64,000 nt of DNA from Desulfosudaceae bacterium. Lineage in GTDB: Bacteria; Desulfobacterota; Desulfobacteria; Desulfobacterales; Desulfosudaceae. Shown one piece after another: positions 47,373-56,969 of the stretch. The stretch's first letter is position 1; each line of letters starts with the position of its first letter. The translations under genes and the position numbers were made by a program. The notes under the pieces were generated by a model, which did no database searches, was not told the origin of the DNA, and saw nothing but the letters and a program-made list of their open reading frames with translations. The DNA lies in NCBI GenBank assembly GCA_963674745.2, contig CAXXDV010000001.1, positions 1,824,001 to 1,888,000 of the forward strand, written 5' to 3'.

Positions 47373-49865
47373 GTGAGTCGTATCGCGTCAGCCATGCCCC
47401 AGGAAGGCATGCAACCATCTGCCTTTGAGGACCGGCCCCCCAGACCCCTTCCCGGTGAGATGTCAGACTATTGCCGCTTTTTCGATGTTTTTCCTCAGTC
47501 GTCGGAATCGTATATTGAAAACCTTCCCTTTGCCCCGGGCGATACAACCGCCGGAACGGAAAATGAACTTCAGTCGGCCGTCATCGGGCAGGCGGCTGAT
47601 GTCGATCTTGCTCAGGTGATCGCCACATCCAATTATTTGAAGAATATTCGGAAAAGAACACTGGCCGGCGAAACACCCCGGCAAATGGCACCGGATCTGG
47701 AAAATTTTATCGCTGACAATCCGACCAATATCTGGGAGAACAGCTGGGTACGTTTTCCCAGAAGCGTCCTGAACGACAGTGCCCGTGAAGTTTTAAACCA
47801 TGACCTTCTGGCGGATAAGCAGCAGCCGCAAGGCCCTATGCGGAAAGACGTCCATAAATTCAATATTGTTCAGGACGGACGGGAAATGCTTCGGCTGCCG
47901 GTCAGCTATCTGCTTAAGCTTTCCCTGGCCCAGGCCATGGGAGAGTTACCGCCTGAAGCGACACCCTTAAGAAAGATGGGGCTGCAATTGATGTCTCATT
48001 TTTCAAATGACAACACCTCGCCTGAGACATGTTCTTTTTACACGCCCCGTTTGGTGAAAACCCGTGACGGCATGGGCCGATCCATCGCAGCCGAAACCAG
48101 CCTGCGTTATTTGGTCTGCCAGGTACTGATTCAATACGCCAATCATTGTTTTGCCCTGTGCACACACGGCCAGGAAGCGTCTCTTTACATGGCACCCAAT
48201 CCGCCAATCCGTCAGAAAAAGCTGAATGACTTGATTTCGGACGCCTTTTACAGGGAGTTGTTCATGAGCCCCTGCCTTTCAGGATGGGATCGGGGGGAAG
48301 ACAAACATCACTACATGGGGCTTTGCCACCAGGTTTTGTCCCGCAGTCAACTCAACGCCGTCGCGAAACTCAAGGAAGCCCAGATTATCAACAACAACCT
48401 GGTTGTCCTGCCAAACACGTCTAACGTCAGCCTGGCCAACAACGGAACCCATTTAAGCCTCGGCAGTCTGAAGTTGAGCGCTTTGCTGGAAGATTCCAAA
48501 TCAGGTTTCGGGCCGGCCGATGAAAAAAACATGGGCGACCTGGTCATCAAAATATGTGAGCATTTTCTGCCCCTGTTCGTGGGAACATACAGCGCGGCCC
48601 CGTACCGAATCGATTTTACAGATTTTCATCCGGAAAGAGTGCTCGGATATCTTCCCCATGAACTGGATTTTACTCACCTGCGTATGATCTGGCGAAGATG
48701 GAAGAAAAAAGCCCGCCTCAAAATTTTAGGGCGGGCCTGTACCCCTTTCGGTCCTTATCCGGTTGATCGTTTTCTGCAGCGCTGCTTTCGGCTGAAGGGT
48801 GATTTTGTGCCGGACTTCAGACTGCTGGATTATCTCATCTGTCTGAAAAGCACAGAGGAAAGCGCCGCCCTGGACGGAATCCTTGACAATGATCTGCGAC
48901 TCAAACGGGATTTAAGCGATCTTGGCGTTTTTGACGAGCGGATGAGTTTGTATTTGCTTTATAAACAGCGGCAATCCCATGTCATGGGTTTTTCCGGTTT
49001 TGAAGGACGCTATTACAGTCAGTTTGAAAGTCTTAACACAGACTTGAGCCGTGCGGCCGGTCTCCAGACCCTGATCACCGTCTTTGCCTGCAAAAGCATC
49101 CTGAACGGCAGCCTGTCCCACAAGGATATTCCCAGTGATTCCTTTACGGAAAGTGAACGCAGACAGATATTTTTCGCGACCGCAATCGGCTTGCCGACTT
49201 TTTATGTCAACAAGAAAACAAAAAACCGGTTCCTTTTGAGAGTTTTGCGTTCGGTCAAAGATATGCGTTTCAGCCGACGTTATCCCGGTTATCTGCGTGT
49301 TCCCAACACATCGTTTCACCAGGCACTGATTCGCATGTTGACCGATGAGGCCGCTGATCTGATCGAATTGATGGGCCTTGAAGATACCATCGAAGACTTG
49401 AGGAAACGGATCCGGTTTCCGGAACAGCGATCGGTTGCCGGCAGATTAACTGCCGCCATACTGGATAAAGCCGGTGCTCAAAGCCCCATGGATCTGGACA
49501 GCAACGAATTTGCCGGTGCCGCCGAAAATTATTATCGTGATGATTTGCGCCTCAAGCACATGACCGAGGCCATGGATTTTCTGGCGCAGGAGATGAATAT
49601 TATCGACGGAAAAACCATACTGAACAGAGGCCGGTATCGTGAAATCCTCAGATCCGTCCTGCAGGACAAGGATGCCTCCCGCTTCGTATCGGCAGTCAAA
49701 GACGATATCCTGAGAGGCACTGCATCGGTAAGCGTACTGGAGCGTTTCCTGGCGCTTTGTGTAATGATTATGGGTATGAAAATACCGCTATATAGAAAGC
49801 TTTTCGATGAACCGAATGAAAATGACGGGGAACGGATTGTTTCCTCACCAGTTTGTGTGTCGTGA
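47373..49865 (+). CDS. Large hypothetical protein, putative carboxylate-amine ligase (glutamine synthetase/GCS/PafA fold)
   Basis: 830 aa. Ordered motifs TAGTENELQ (GxExE), ANNGTHLSLG (GxH), SGFEGRYY (ExR). Start uncertain (47373/47394/47409). Confidence 0.55.
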   Translation: MSRIASAMPQEGMQPSAFEDRPPRPLPGEMSDYCRFFDVFPQSSESYIENLPFAPGDTTAGTENELQSAVIGQAADVDLAQVIATSNYLKNIRKRTLAGETPRQMAPDLENFIADNPTNIWENSWVRFPRSVLNDSAREVLNHDLLADKQQPQGPMRKDVHKFNIVQDGREMLRLPVSYLLKLSLAQAMGELPPEATPLRKMGLQLMSHFSNDNTSPETCSFYTPRLVKTRDGMGRSIAAETSLRYLVCQVLIQYANHCFALCTHGQEASLYMAPNPPIRQKKLNDLISDAFYRELFMSPCLSGWDRGEDKHHYMGLCHQVLSRSQLNAVAKLKEAQIINNNLVVLPNTSNVSLANNGTHLSLGSLKLSALLEDSKSGFGPADEKNMGDLVIKICEHFLPLFVGTYSAAPYRIDFTDFHPERVLGYLPHELDFTHLRMIWRRWKKKARLKILGRACTPFGPYPVDRFLQRCFRLKGDFVPDFRLLDYLICLKSTEESAALDGILDNDLRLKRDLSDLGVFDERMSLYLLYKQRQSHVMGFSGFEGRYYSQFESLNTDLSRAAGLQTLITVFACKSILNGSLSHKDIPSDSFTESERRQIFFATAIGLPTFYVNKKTKNRFLLRVLRSVKDMRFSRRYPGYLRVPNTSFHQALIRMLTDEAADLIELMGLEDTIEDLRKRIRFPEQRSVAGRLTAAILDKAGAQSPMDLDSNEFAGAAENYYRDDLRLKHMTEAMDFLAQEMNIIDGKTILNRGRYREILRSVLQDKDASRFVSAVKDDILRGTASVSVLERFLALCVMIMGMKIPLYRKLFDEPNENDGERIVSSPVCVS

Positions 49866-50880
49866 CACAGGCGCGGTGGAAACCGAGGTGCTGGTCGGTG
49901 ACCTGGCCGTTCTGGGGTTATATCACCTGGCCCGTGAGCGGGCCGGGTGGCTGTTTAACGCCGTCACCAGTGCCCATGTCAGTTCCGCTCTGGGGTTTTG
50001 CTGTTATGACCGGCCTTTTTTCAACATACATGCGGCTGTGAAAAGACTGTCAATCAAAATGGGTGTTGACCTCGAGGAATGCCTGGATCCGCCGTCGGCT
50101 TATTCCAGCGCCAGAAAATTTTTTGAAAGAAAAATCAAATACTGGCAATATCGCCCCATGCCCGATGAGAGAGCGGCAATCGTATCCCCGGCCGATGCCC
50201 GGGTTATCGTCGGCGCTCTGGAAGAAACGCCCGCCCTGTTTCTCAAACAGTCCTTTTTTACCTTCGAAGCGCTGCTGGGCAGCGATAAGCCCGAGTGGCT
50301 GAGGGCCTTTGACGGCGGGGACTATGCCGTCTTCCGCCTGACCCCGGACAAGTATCATTATAACCATGTACCGGTCTCCGGAATGGTCAGAGATATTTAT
50401 GTCATCGACGGTGTTTACCATTCATGCAATCCGGGTGCGGTTATCGTTGAAGCCACGCCTTATTCCAAAAACAGGCGCGTGGTCACGGTTCTGGATACGG
50501 ACGTGGCCGGCGGTACCGGAATCGGTCTGGTCGCCATGATCGAGGTCGCGGCCATGATGATCGGTGATATCGTTCAGTGTTACAGTGATCACCGTTACGA
50601 CAACCCTGAAGATGTGGTCCCGGGTATGTTCCTGAAAAAAGGGCAGCCCAAAAGCCTTTACCGGCCCGGCAGTTCTACGGACATCCTCCTTTTCCAGAAA
50701 GGCGAAATGCGATTCAGCGATGACCTGGTGGAAAATACGTCACGGTCGGATGTGAAAAGCCGTTTTTCCGAAGGATTGGGGCGCCCACTGGTGGAAACCG
50801 AAGTGCGCGTCAGGGAACAGATCGGCTGTGCCGGAAAAAAAGGTTTTGACAAAGATACTTCAATAACTCAAGGAAAATGA
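49807..50880 (+). CDS. Phosphatidylserine decarboxylase-family pyruvoyl proenzyme
   Basis: FFERKIK, SPADAR, RLTPDKYHYNHVP, KNRRV, VAAMMIGDI, KGQPKSLYRPGSSTDILLF (GS/ST self-cleavage site). Confidence 0.88.
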   Translation: MNRMKMTGNGLFPHQFVCRDTGAVETEVLVGDLAVLGLYHLARERAGWLFNAVTSAHVSSALGFCCYDRPFFNIHAAVKRLSIKMGVDLEECLDPPSAYSSARKFFERKIKYWQYRPMPDERAAIVSPADARVIVGALEETPALFLKQSFFTFEALLGSDKPEWLRAFDGGDYAVFRLTPDKYHYNHVPVSGMVRDIYVIDGVYHSCNPGAVIVEATPYSKNRRVVTVLDTDVAGGTGIGLVAMIEVAAMMIGDIVQCYSDHRYDNPEDVVPGMFLKKGQPKSLYRPGSSTDILLFQKGEMRFSDDLVENTSRSDVKSRFSEGLGRPLVETEVRVREQIGCAGKKGFDKDTSITQGK

Positions 50881-50883
50881 AAA

Positions 50884-51930
50884 ATGGCATCTTATGTTTT
50901 TGTACTCTGCCTGGCAGTATTTCTGGTAATCATTCTGGCATGGGGTTTCAAGCATCTGCCTGACGCATGCTGGCAGTTCGTGGCGGCGGTCCCCAGGGGA
51001 AAGCTGCCGCAAGGCGGGTGGTCCGGGGCGAATTTTACCTATTATGGCCTGATCATTGCCTGTTCAACCGTATTTTCAATGGCACTGGCCATTTTTCTGC
51101 TGGGCGCCATTTCGTTACCGCTAAAGGCGTCGTTAACTGTGGCCGCAATCCTTATGGCTGTCTGTATTCCTGCTTCACGAATAGTGGCGGGAATTGTGGA
51201 AAAAAAACGTCACACTTTTACGGTGGGCGGCGCGCTTTTTCTCGGTATTCTGCTCATGCCCTGGGTGATTTATCTGGTCAAAAAAACGGGAACCGGCCAT
51301 TTCCAGATGGAAGTGCTGCCGGTTTGCGCGGCTCTGGCTATTGCCTACGGTTTTGGAGAGGGACTGGGGCGTCTGGCCTGCCTGAGTTTCGGCTGCTGTT
51401 ACGGGAAACCCATGTCCCAGGTACACCCATTGCTCCGGCGTGTTTTCGGCGGACATGGAACCATCTTTCACGGTGAAACAAAGAAGATCGCATATGCTTC
51501 CGGGCTGGAGGGCGAAAAAGTTTTTCCGGTTCAGGCCGTCACCACTACCCTTTACTGTGCCAGCGCCTTGATCAGCACCCTTTTGTTTCTAAAAGGGCAC
51601 TTTGCCGCGGCTCTGGTGCAGGTGCTTACTATTACACAGATCTGGCGGATTGTTTCTGAAACCCTTCGGCATGACTATCGAGGCGATGGGGAGATATCCG
51701 CTTATCAGATTATGATGATCATCACCCTTTTTTACAGCTTTAGTCTACCGTTTGCTTTCCCCATGTCAAACACCACTGCACCTTCCCTGGTTTCCGGCTG
51801 GCTGACAATCTGGTCTCCGGGTGTGATTCTGGCCCTCCAGGCCGTCTGGATGGTCATGTTTGTCTATTACGGCAAAAGCCGGGTTACCCGGGCGGTCATC
51901 GCTTTTAACGTGCAGCAGGACCGGATATGA
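50884..51930 (+). CDS. Lgt-like (prolipoprotein diacylglyceryl transferase family) membrane protein
   Basis: Multi-TM. YYG, GRLACLSFGCCYGKP, PVQ, WRIVSETLR; the His positions of canonical Lgt appear substituted. Confidence 0.8.
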   Translation: MASYVFVLCLAVFLVIILAWGFKHLPDACWQFVAAVPRGKLPQGGWSGANFTYYGLIIACSTVFSMALAIFLLGAISLPLKASLTVAAILMAVCIPASRIVAGIVEKKRHTFTVGGALFLGILLMPWVIYLVKKTGTGHFQMEVLPVCAALAIAYGFGEGLGRLACLSFGCCYGKPMSQVHPLLRRVFGGHGTIFHGETKKIAYASGLEGEKVFPVQAVTTTLYCASALISTLLFLKGHFAAALVQVLTITQIWRIVSETLRHDYRGDGEISAYQIMMIITLFYSFSLPFAFPMSNTTAPSLVSGWLTIWSPGVILALQAVWMVMFVYYGKSRVTRAVIAFNVQQDRI

Positions 51931-51963
51931 GACAAAGAAAACACCCCCACTTCTGAGATTGAC

Positions 51964-53091
51964 TCACAAATCCGATTCGGCAATGGCATCTGTTCTGGAG
52001 CGGTAAAGTACAGCGCCGACAATTGCCGTGAAAGGCGCAACCGCGACCAGACCGAAGCTGCCGACAAAGATATTCAGGATTTCGGACGCCACAAAGTTGA
52101 TATTGAGTATCTGCTTAACTTTCAGTCCTTGCCCCATAAAACACATCAGCATGGCGGTATACCCACCGGAATAAGCCAGCAAAAGGGTCGTCGTCATGGT
52201 GCCGATGACGGATCGGCCGACAGCCATCCCGGAAGTAAACAAATCCCAGGTTCCGATATCCGGTTTTTTGTTCGTTATTTCATCCATTGAGGCGGCAATG
52301 TCCATGGCCAGATCCATGACAGCGCCCGAGCATGCCAGGAAGATACCTGATATAAAAATTTTCATCAGGTCCAGGTGAGGATATCCGGAATATAAAAGGT
52401 TTTCGGCAAAGGGCTTTACCGCACCGTGAAGATGAAAACCGGGAGCGAACAGTTCAGCCAGTATGCAGGCCAGCATCAGACCGGCAAAAGATCCAAGAAA
52501 AGCGGTTATCCCCTTACGGGTCATTCCCCCGACCAGGAAGCTGACCGACCCGGTCAGCGCGGCAACCACGCCGAGCGTGACCGGAATGGGGCTGATATTT
52601 TTCAAAAGAAGCGGAATCAAGAGTTTCCAGAGCATCAACGCCGCGAATACAAGTGAAAGGAGGGCCTTAAGGCCTGTTTTGCCGGCAACGGCAACCAGAA
52701 AAATACTAAACAGGACAACCAGGACCAATTCATGGGTCAGCCGATAGTGCCCCCGGGTGTATGCAAGGTGGACACTGCCATGGGCGGTATTGTATTCGAC
52801 CAGGATAATATCGTCGACTTTGTAAATTTCATCGTATTCGAGTTTGCCGGACAATGGATTGACCACCCTGGCCCTGGCCCCTTTATGCGGGCCGTCAAGC
52901 ATCTCGACCTGAACATCCTGCGTGCCGGTCTTGGCGATTAAATTCCGGCGCAGATCCTTGTTATCAATGGAAACGACTTTTGCCTTGGCCAGGATCGCGG
53001 TCTTCGACTGGCTTCCCTCAAACCCGGTGGGAAGGAACCAGAGAAGAATGGACAGGGCGGTAAATAAAATAACGGAAGCGTATTCTTTCAT
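51964..53091 (-). CDS. YibE/F family membrane protein
   Basis: SGAVMDLAMDIAASMDE, GMAVGRSVIGTMTTTLLLAYSGG, GSFGLVAVAPFTA. Start reassigned to MKEYAS. Confidence 0.9.
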   Translation of the reverse strand: MKEYASVILFTALSILLWFLPTGFEGSQSKTAILAKAKVVSIDNKDLRRNLIAKTGTQDVQVEMLDGPHKGARARVVNPLSGKLEYDEIYKVDDIILVEYNTAHGSVHLAYTRGHYRLTHELVLVVLFSIFLVAVAGKTGLKALLSLVFAALMLWKLLIPLLLKNISPIPVTLGVVAALTGSVSFLVGGMTRKGITAFLGSFAGLMLACILAELFAPGFHLHGAVKPFAENLLYSGYPHLDLMKIFISGIFLACSGAVMDLAMDIAASMDEITNKKPDIGTWDLFTSGMAVGRSVIGTMTTTLLLAYSGGYTAMLMCFMGQGLKVKQILNINFVASEILNIFVGSFGLVAVAPFTAIVGAVLYRSRTDAIAESDL

Positions 53092-53116
53092 GGTTTGTTT
53101 TATATCCTGAAAAATT

Positions 53117-53154
53117 AAAAAACGTGGGTGGAAAAGTCTTTTTTCCACCCACGT
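53117..53154 (-). terminator. Terminator-like hairpin between phoA and the YibE/F gene
   Basis: 14-bp stem ACGTGGGTGGAAAA/TTTTCCACCCACGT followed by a T run on the minus strand. Confidence 0.7.
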
Positions 53155-53213
53155 ATCTGTCCATCCGGTGCTTTTCAGATCTGACCGGATTATTAATGGT
53201 TAATTAAAACCGA

Positions 53214-54779
53214 TTAGAACGGGTAGCCCAAGTTTATATTCATGATTTCTGCGATTTTATTGGCTACATCCGTATTCTCGTAATAACCATCAAAGATGTC
53301 AGCATTGACGCCGGAGACCAGAACCGGAACCGGAACAGCGGTATGGTAATAGGAGGTCCATGCCAGACCGGCTTTGCGGTTCAAAAGATGGGTAATGGTG
53401 ACGCTTAACGGATTGTAGTAGTCATACAGGAGATTGTCTTCTTCCTGATAATTGCTGCTAGTCTCGTGGACGGCTTTATCGAAAGCCGCTTCCAGAAGGC
53501 TGATTTCGTATTCGGACAGATCGTCGTCGGTGTCATCCGTAAGAGAAGCACCGTCAAGGCCGAAGTATGTATAAATAATCTGCCACATATCGGCATCAAT
53601 GTTCGCCGGGGCCGGATCATGGCCGGCCAGATAATCGCTGAAAATGGTGCTGTCAAAATCATCATAGGCGATTGTCTGGTTGACCAGTCTTTCATAATAA
53701 GTCTCATATCCGGTTCCGGCAAAGCCCAGGGACATACCGCCGCACTCATGATCACCGGTTACGACGATCAAGGTCTGGGAGGGGTGTTCTTCGGCAAAAT
53801 CCACAGCAACCTGAACGGCATCATCAAAGGCAATGGTGTCTTCGATAGCCGCGCGTGCGTCGTTGGCATGGCAGGCCCAGTCAATCTTGCCGCCTTCAAC
53901 CATCATGAAAAATCCCTGGCTGTTACCTTCCATCAACTCAATTCCCTTGGCCGTGAATTCGGCCAGCGTAATGGAGCCCTCATACGCTTCACCGGCCCCG
54001 TCGGCGTTCATCCGGTTGATGGCATACGGGATGGCGTTGGATCCATCAAGGTAGGGGTTCACCGCGATCGCCTGGCCGGAATTTTCGTTTAAGGCATCAA
54101 ATTCCGCTCTTGTGTCAGCGTATCTAAAACCGTTGGCTACGGCCGTGTTTTCCACCACCTGGTAACGCTCTTCATTGGACATTCCGTCATATTGGGCACT
54201 TTTCCACTTGTTGACCCGGAAACCGCCACCGGCAAAATAATCGAAACCTGAATTGAGCAGTTCAAAATCGATCTGTTCGTAATTATTCCGGCTGGGCTGA
54301 TGGGCGTAAAACACCGCCGGTGTCGCATGGTCGATGGAAACACTCGAAATAATACCGACTTTCTTACCTTTCCATTTAGCCGCTTCGGCAAGAGTGGTAT
54401 AGGGCATGGTGGCTTTCGGATCCATGGCAATTACACCGATGTTGGTTTTCTTGCCACAGGCCAGCGCCGTCCCGGCTGCGGCGGATCCGGTGATAAACCG
54501 GTCATTGGCATAGCTCATTTGCATGCCCTGTACGGGAAATTCACTCATGGCCAGTTTTTTGGCTTTGACGCCTCCGGCAACCGTGTCATCATCCTGGAGT
54601 GATGCCAGGTATGCCTCGGTGGCATGAATTTGCGGACTGGCCATGCCGTCACCGATAAAAAGAAAAACATATTTTGGCCCGGCACTGTTAGAACTGCTGG
54701 CGGCAAAAGATAAATTAACGCTCAGCAGGCAAGCAAGGCCTGCCATACAAAATGGCCTGACGAAATTTGAAAATTTCAT
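53214..54779 (-). CDS. phoA: Alkaline phosphatase (PhoA family)
   Basis: Signal peptide, FIGDGM, TGSAAAGTALACGKKT, HATPA, EGGKIDWACHAND, TGDHECGG, HTAVPV. Confidence 0.93.
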   Translation of the reverse strand: MKFSNFVRPFCMAGLACLLSVNLSFAASSSNSAGPKYVFLFIGDGMASPQIHATEAYLASLQDDDTVAGGVKAKKLAMSEFPVQGMQMSYANDRFITGSAAAGTALACGKKTNIGVIAMDPKATMPYTTLAEAAKWKGKKVGIISSVSIDHATPAVFYAHQPSRNNYEQIDFELLNSGFDYFAGGGFRVNKWKSAQYDGMSNEERYQVVENTAVANGFRYADTRAEFDALNENSGQAIAVNPYLDGSNAIPYAINRMNADGAGEAYEGSITLAEFTAKGIELMEGNSQGFFMMVEGGKIDWACHANDARAAIEDTIAFDDAVQVAVDFAEEHPSQTLIVVTGDHECGGMSLGFAGTGYETYYERLVNQTIAYDDFDSTIFSDYLAGHDPAPANIDADMWQIIYTYFGLDGASLTDDTDDDLSEYEISLLEAAFDKAVHETSSNYQEEDNLLYDYYNPLSVTITHLLNRKAGLAWTSYYHTAVPVPVLVSGVNADIFDGYYENTDVANKIAEIMNINLGYPF

Positions 54780-55237
54780 TTTCTTCCCCTTTATGAGTTT
54801 AGATTATTTTCAGTTAAAAATTTTTACAGTTAAATCGAAATTAAACGTTTAAAGTCCAGCGTACTTGCTGTGCAGACATGCGGGCACCAAACCACCCCCC
54901 CTTGAATTGTTGTGCTGTTTTGATTTATACTTCTGCTGATTGAATCGACAGGCGCGGCTAAAAACACGCTTTTCTGTGATCTGGTTCCACTTATCTTGGG
55001 AATATTAACCGAAAATAATAATCCGGTTATTTTTTTATGAACGTGTCCCGAATGATGTCTGCCTGATAAGAAAACGGGGAAATCAGTACTGGCGTTGTAA
55101 AGTGCCAGATTGGAAAAAAAGATTGTCAAGTCAGAATCAAAGACGATTGCACGAATTTCAAAAAAGTCCTGGCCGGAGCCCACCCCAGGCACTCATGGTG
55201 AATACACGGCATGGAAAAAATTTATAATAAAACCGGG

Positions 55238-56452
55238 TTAAGGCTGATTTCTTTCAGCTTTAATCAGATCTTCAACGATGGCCAGGCTGCCTTCGGCCCA
55301 GGAACGATAACGTTCGAACCCGGCCGCTCGTTTTAAGGCCTTTTCGGCCTCTTTCCAGTCCTTTAGGTCCATGGCACATAGGCCAAGCATGATACAGGCG
55401 GTGCTGTTTTTATCATCCAGTTCCAAGGCTTCCTGAAAAGCTTCCATAGCCCGGGCGGTATCCATTTTGTGATATAAAAATATGCCCTTTTTCAGATAAT
55501 GTTCCGGGCTGGGGGCTAGATCTATCGTTTTCTGGATAAATTCAATCGCCTTGTCATAGCGTAATGCCCTGGCATAGGTTTCAGCCAGTTGTTCGGTGAT
55601 GTCACCACACTTTTTTTGCCCCAGCGCTTTTTCAAGACAACCGGCGGCTTTTAAAGGCGCATTGATGTAATAATAGATATCTGACAGGTTCTTCCAGTCA
55701 CCAGGCTCGGGCAGTTTTAACTGATACGCGATTTCAAGCGCTGCGGCGGCATCCCGGTAGCGATTCCGGTTGATGTTCAGGTGTGCTAATAGCTCCCAGT
55801 ATTCAGCCGATTGGGGTGCAGTTATAAGCAATGTTTCAATCGTTTTTTCGGCCGCCGCCCAGGATTTCTGGCTGATTTGCGTATATGCCAGAAGTATTAA
55901 CCAGTCCTGTCGGGGCGGGGCAAAATTTGCGGTCAACTGTTGAAGGGTTATTTCCGCGAGGGGAAAATGTTCTCCCTGATAATAGGCGGTCGCCGCCCGA
56001 TAGAGAAAATCGGCATCTGGCGGTTGCCCGGCTTTTTTTTGAATATTATAGGCTTCAACAAAATGCTCTCCCGATAATCGAAATTGACCGGTCTGATAAC
56101 AGACCAGCGCGTAGTTCCTGTGCAGGTCAACGCTGGCGGGAATAACTGCCAGTCCCTGTTGATAGGATTCCTGCGCTGCCGTATAATTTTCCTGATAGAA
56201 CCAGGTATTACCGAGGAGCAGATATACTTCTGCGTACGGGGCATCGGGCTTTTCTGTCAGATACCCGTTAATGGTTGACCGCGCCTGATCATAATTTTTC
56301 GCTTTTATGGCCTGTTGGGCATAATAGAGCGTGTTTCGTACCTGGCGGGGGAGATAGTCCGCCTGACCGCCCTGGACGACAGATGTGCTCATTCCCAGAA
56401 TCAGGGCAAGAATGATACAGGTGAGTTGAATCTGGCGGCAAAGATGCATCAT
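55238..56452 (-). CDS. Exported TPR-repeat protein of the TonB cluster
   Basis: Signal peptide and multiple TPR helices; last gene of the tonB/exb operon. Confidence 0.85.
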   Translation of the reverse strand: MMHLCRQIQLTCIILALILGMSTSVVQGGQADYLPRQVRNTLYYAQQAIKAKNYDQARSTINGYLTEKPDAPYAEVYLLLGNTWFYQENYTAAQESYQQGLAVIPASVDLHRNYALVCYQTGQFRLSGEHFVEAYNIQKKAGQPPDADFLYRAATAYYQGEHFPLAEITLQQLTANFAPPRQDWLILLAYTQISQKSWAAAEKTIETLLITAPQSAEYWELLAHLNINRNRYRDAAAALEIAYQLKLPEPGDWKNLSDIYYYINAPLKAAGCLEKALGQKKCGDITEQLAETYARALRYDKAIEFIQKTIDLAPSPEHYLKKGIFLYHKMDTARAMEAFQEALELDDKNSTACIMLGLCAMDLKDWKEAEKALKRAAGFERYRSWAEGSLAIVEDLIKAERNQP

Positions 56453-56513
56453 TATCAGTTTATTGCACAGGTAATTTTAAAAAAGCATTTCAAAATATTA
56501 CGGGCAGGGCGGA

Positions 56514-56912
56514 TTACAAGTCAAATCGGATTGGTACAATCAATCTGGTATTTACCGGTTTGCCCTCATGTATTGCCGGCTTAAAACGCCACTTTAGAAC
56601 CGCTTCAATAACACTTTGGTCAAAGACATCTGATGGTTCGGACCTTATAATAGCCGGATTTTTTACATTTCCTCCCCGGTCCACAATAAACTTGACAGAG
56701 ACTTTACCGGTAATCCTTTGCTGCCGAGCCTCATCAGGATAAACCGGACTGACCCGGCTTAGCAAAAGGGGTCGCTGGTCTACTTCGTTAAGATTCAAAG
56801 CCTCATCGAATCCGTTTTCTAGGGTTAGACCCGGTGTAACGCCAATACTCATTATCAATGTTATCATGATAACGGTCACTCGAAATTGGTTTGATAATCG
56901 TTTCATTGTCAA
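56514..56912 (-). CDS. Short TonB C-terminal domain protein
   Basis: N-terminal hydrophobic segment, PVYPDEARQQRITGKV, WRFKPA, VPIRFDL; no proline-rich linker. Confidence 0.88.
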   Translation of the reverse strand: MTMKRLSNQFRVTVIMITLIMSIGVTPGLTLENGFDEALNLNEVDQRPLLLSRVSPVYPDEARQQRITGKVSVKFIVDRGGNVKNPAIIRSEPSDVFDQSVIEAVLKWRFKPAIHEGKPVNTRLIVPIRFDL

Positions 56913-56969
56913 TTCACCTTAATAAGTCCAAACATCCTCTAAAAAACCATTCGGTTTCATATCTTCTAA

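Noticed and set aside
54830..55192. 120-aa ORF or riboswitch upstream of phoA
   Set aside because: No RBS or protein motif and no recognisable riboswitch consensus; probably promoter/leader DNA.
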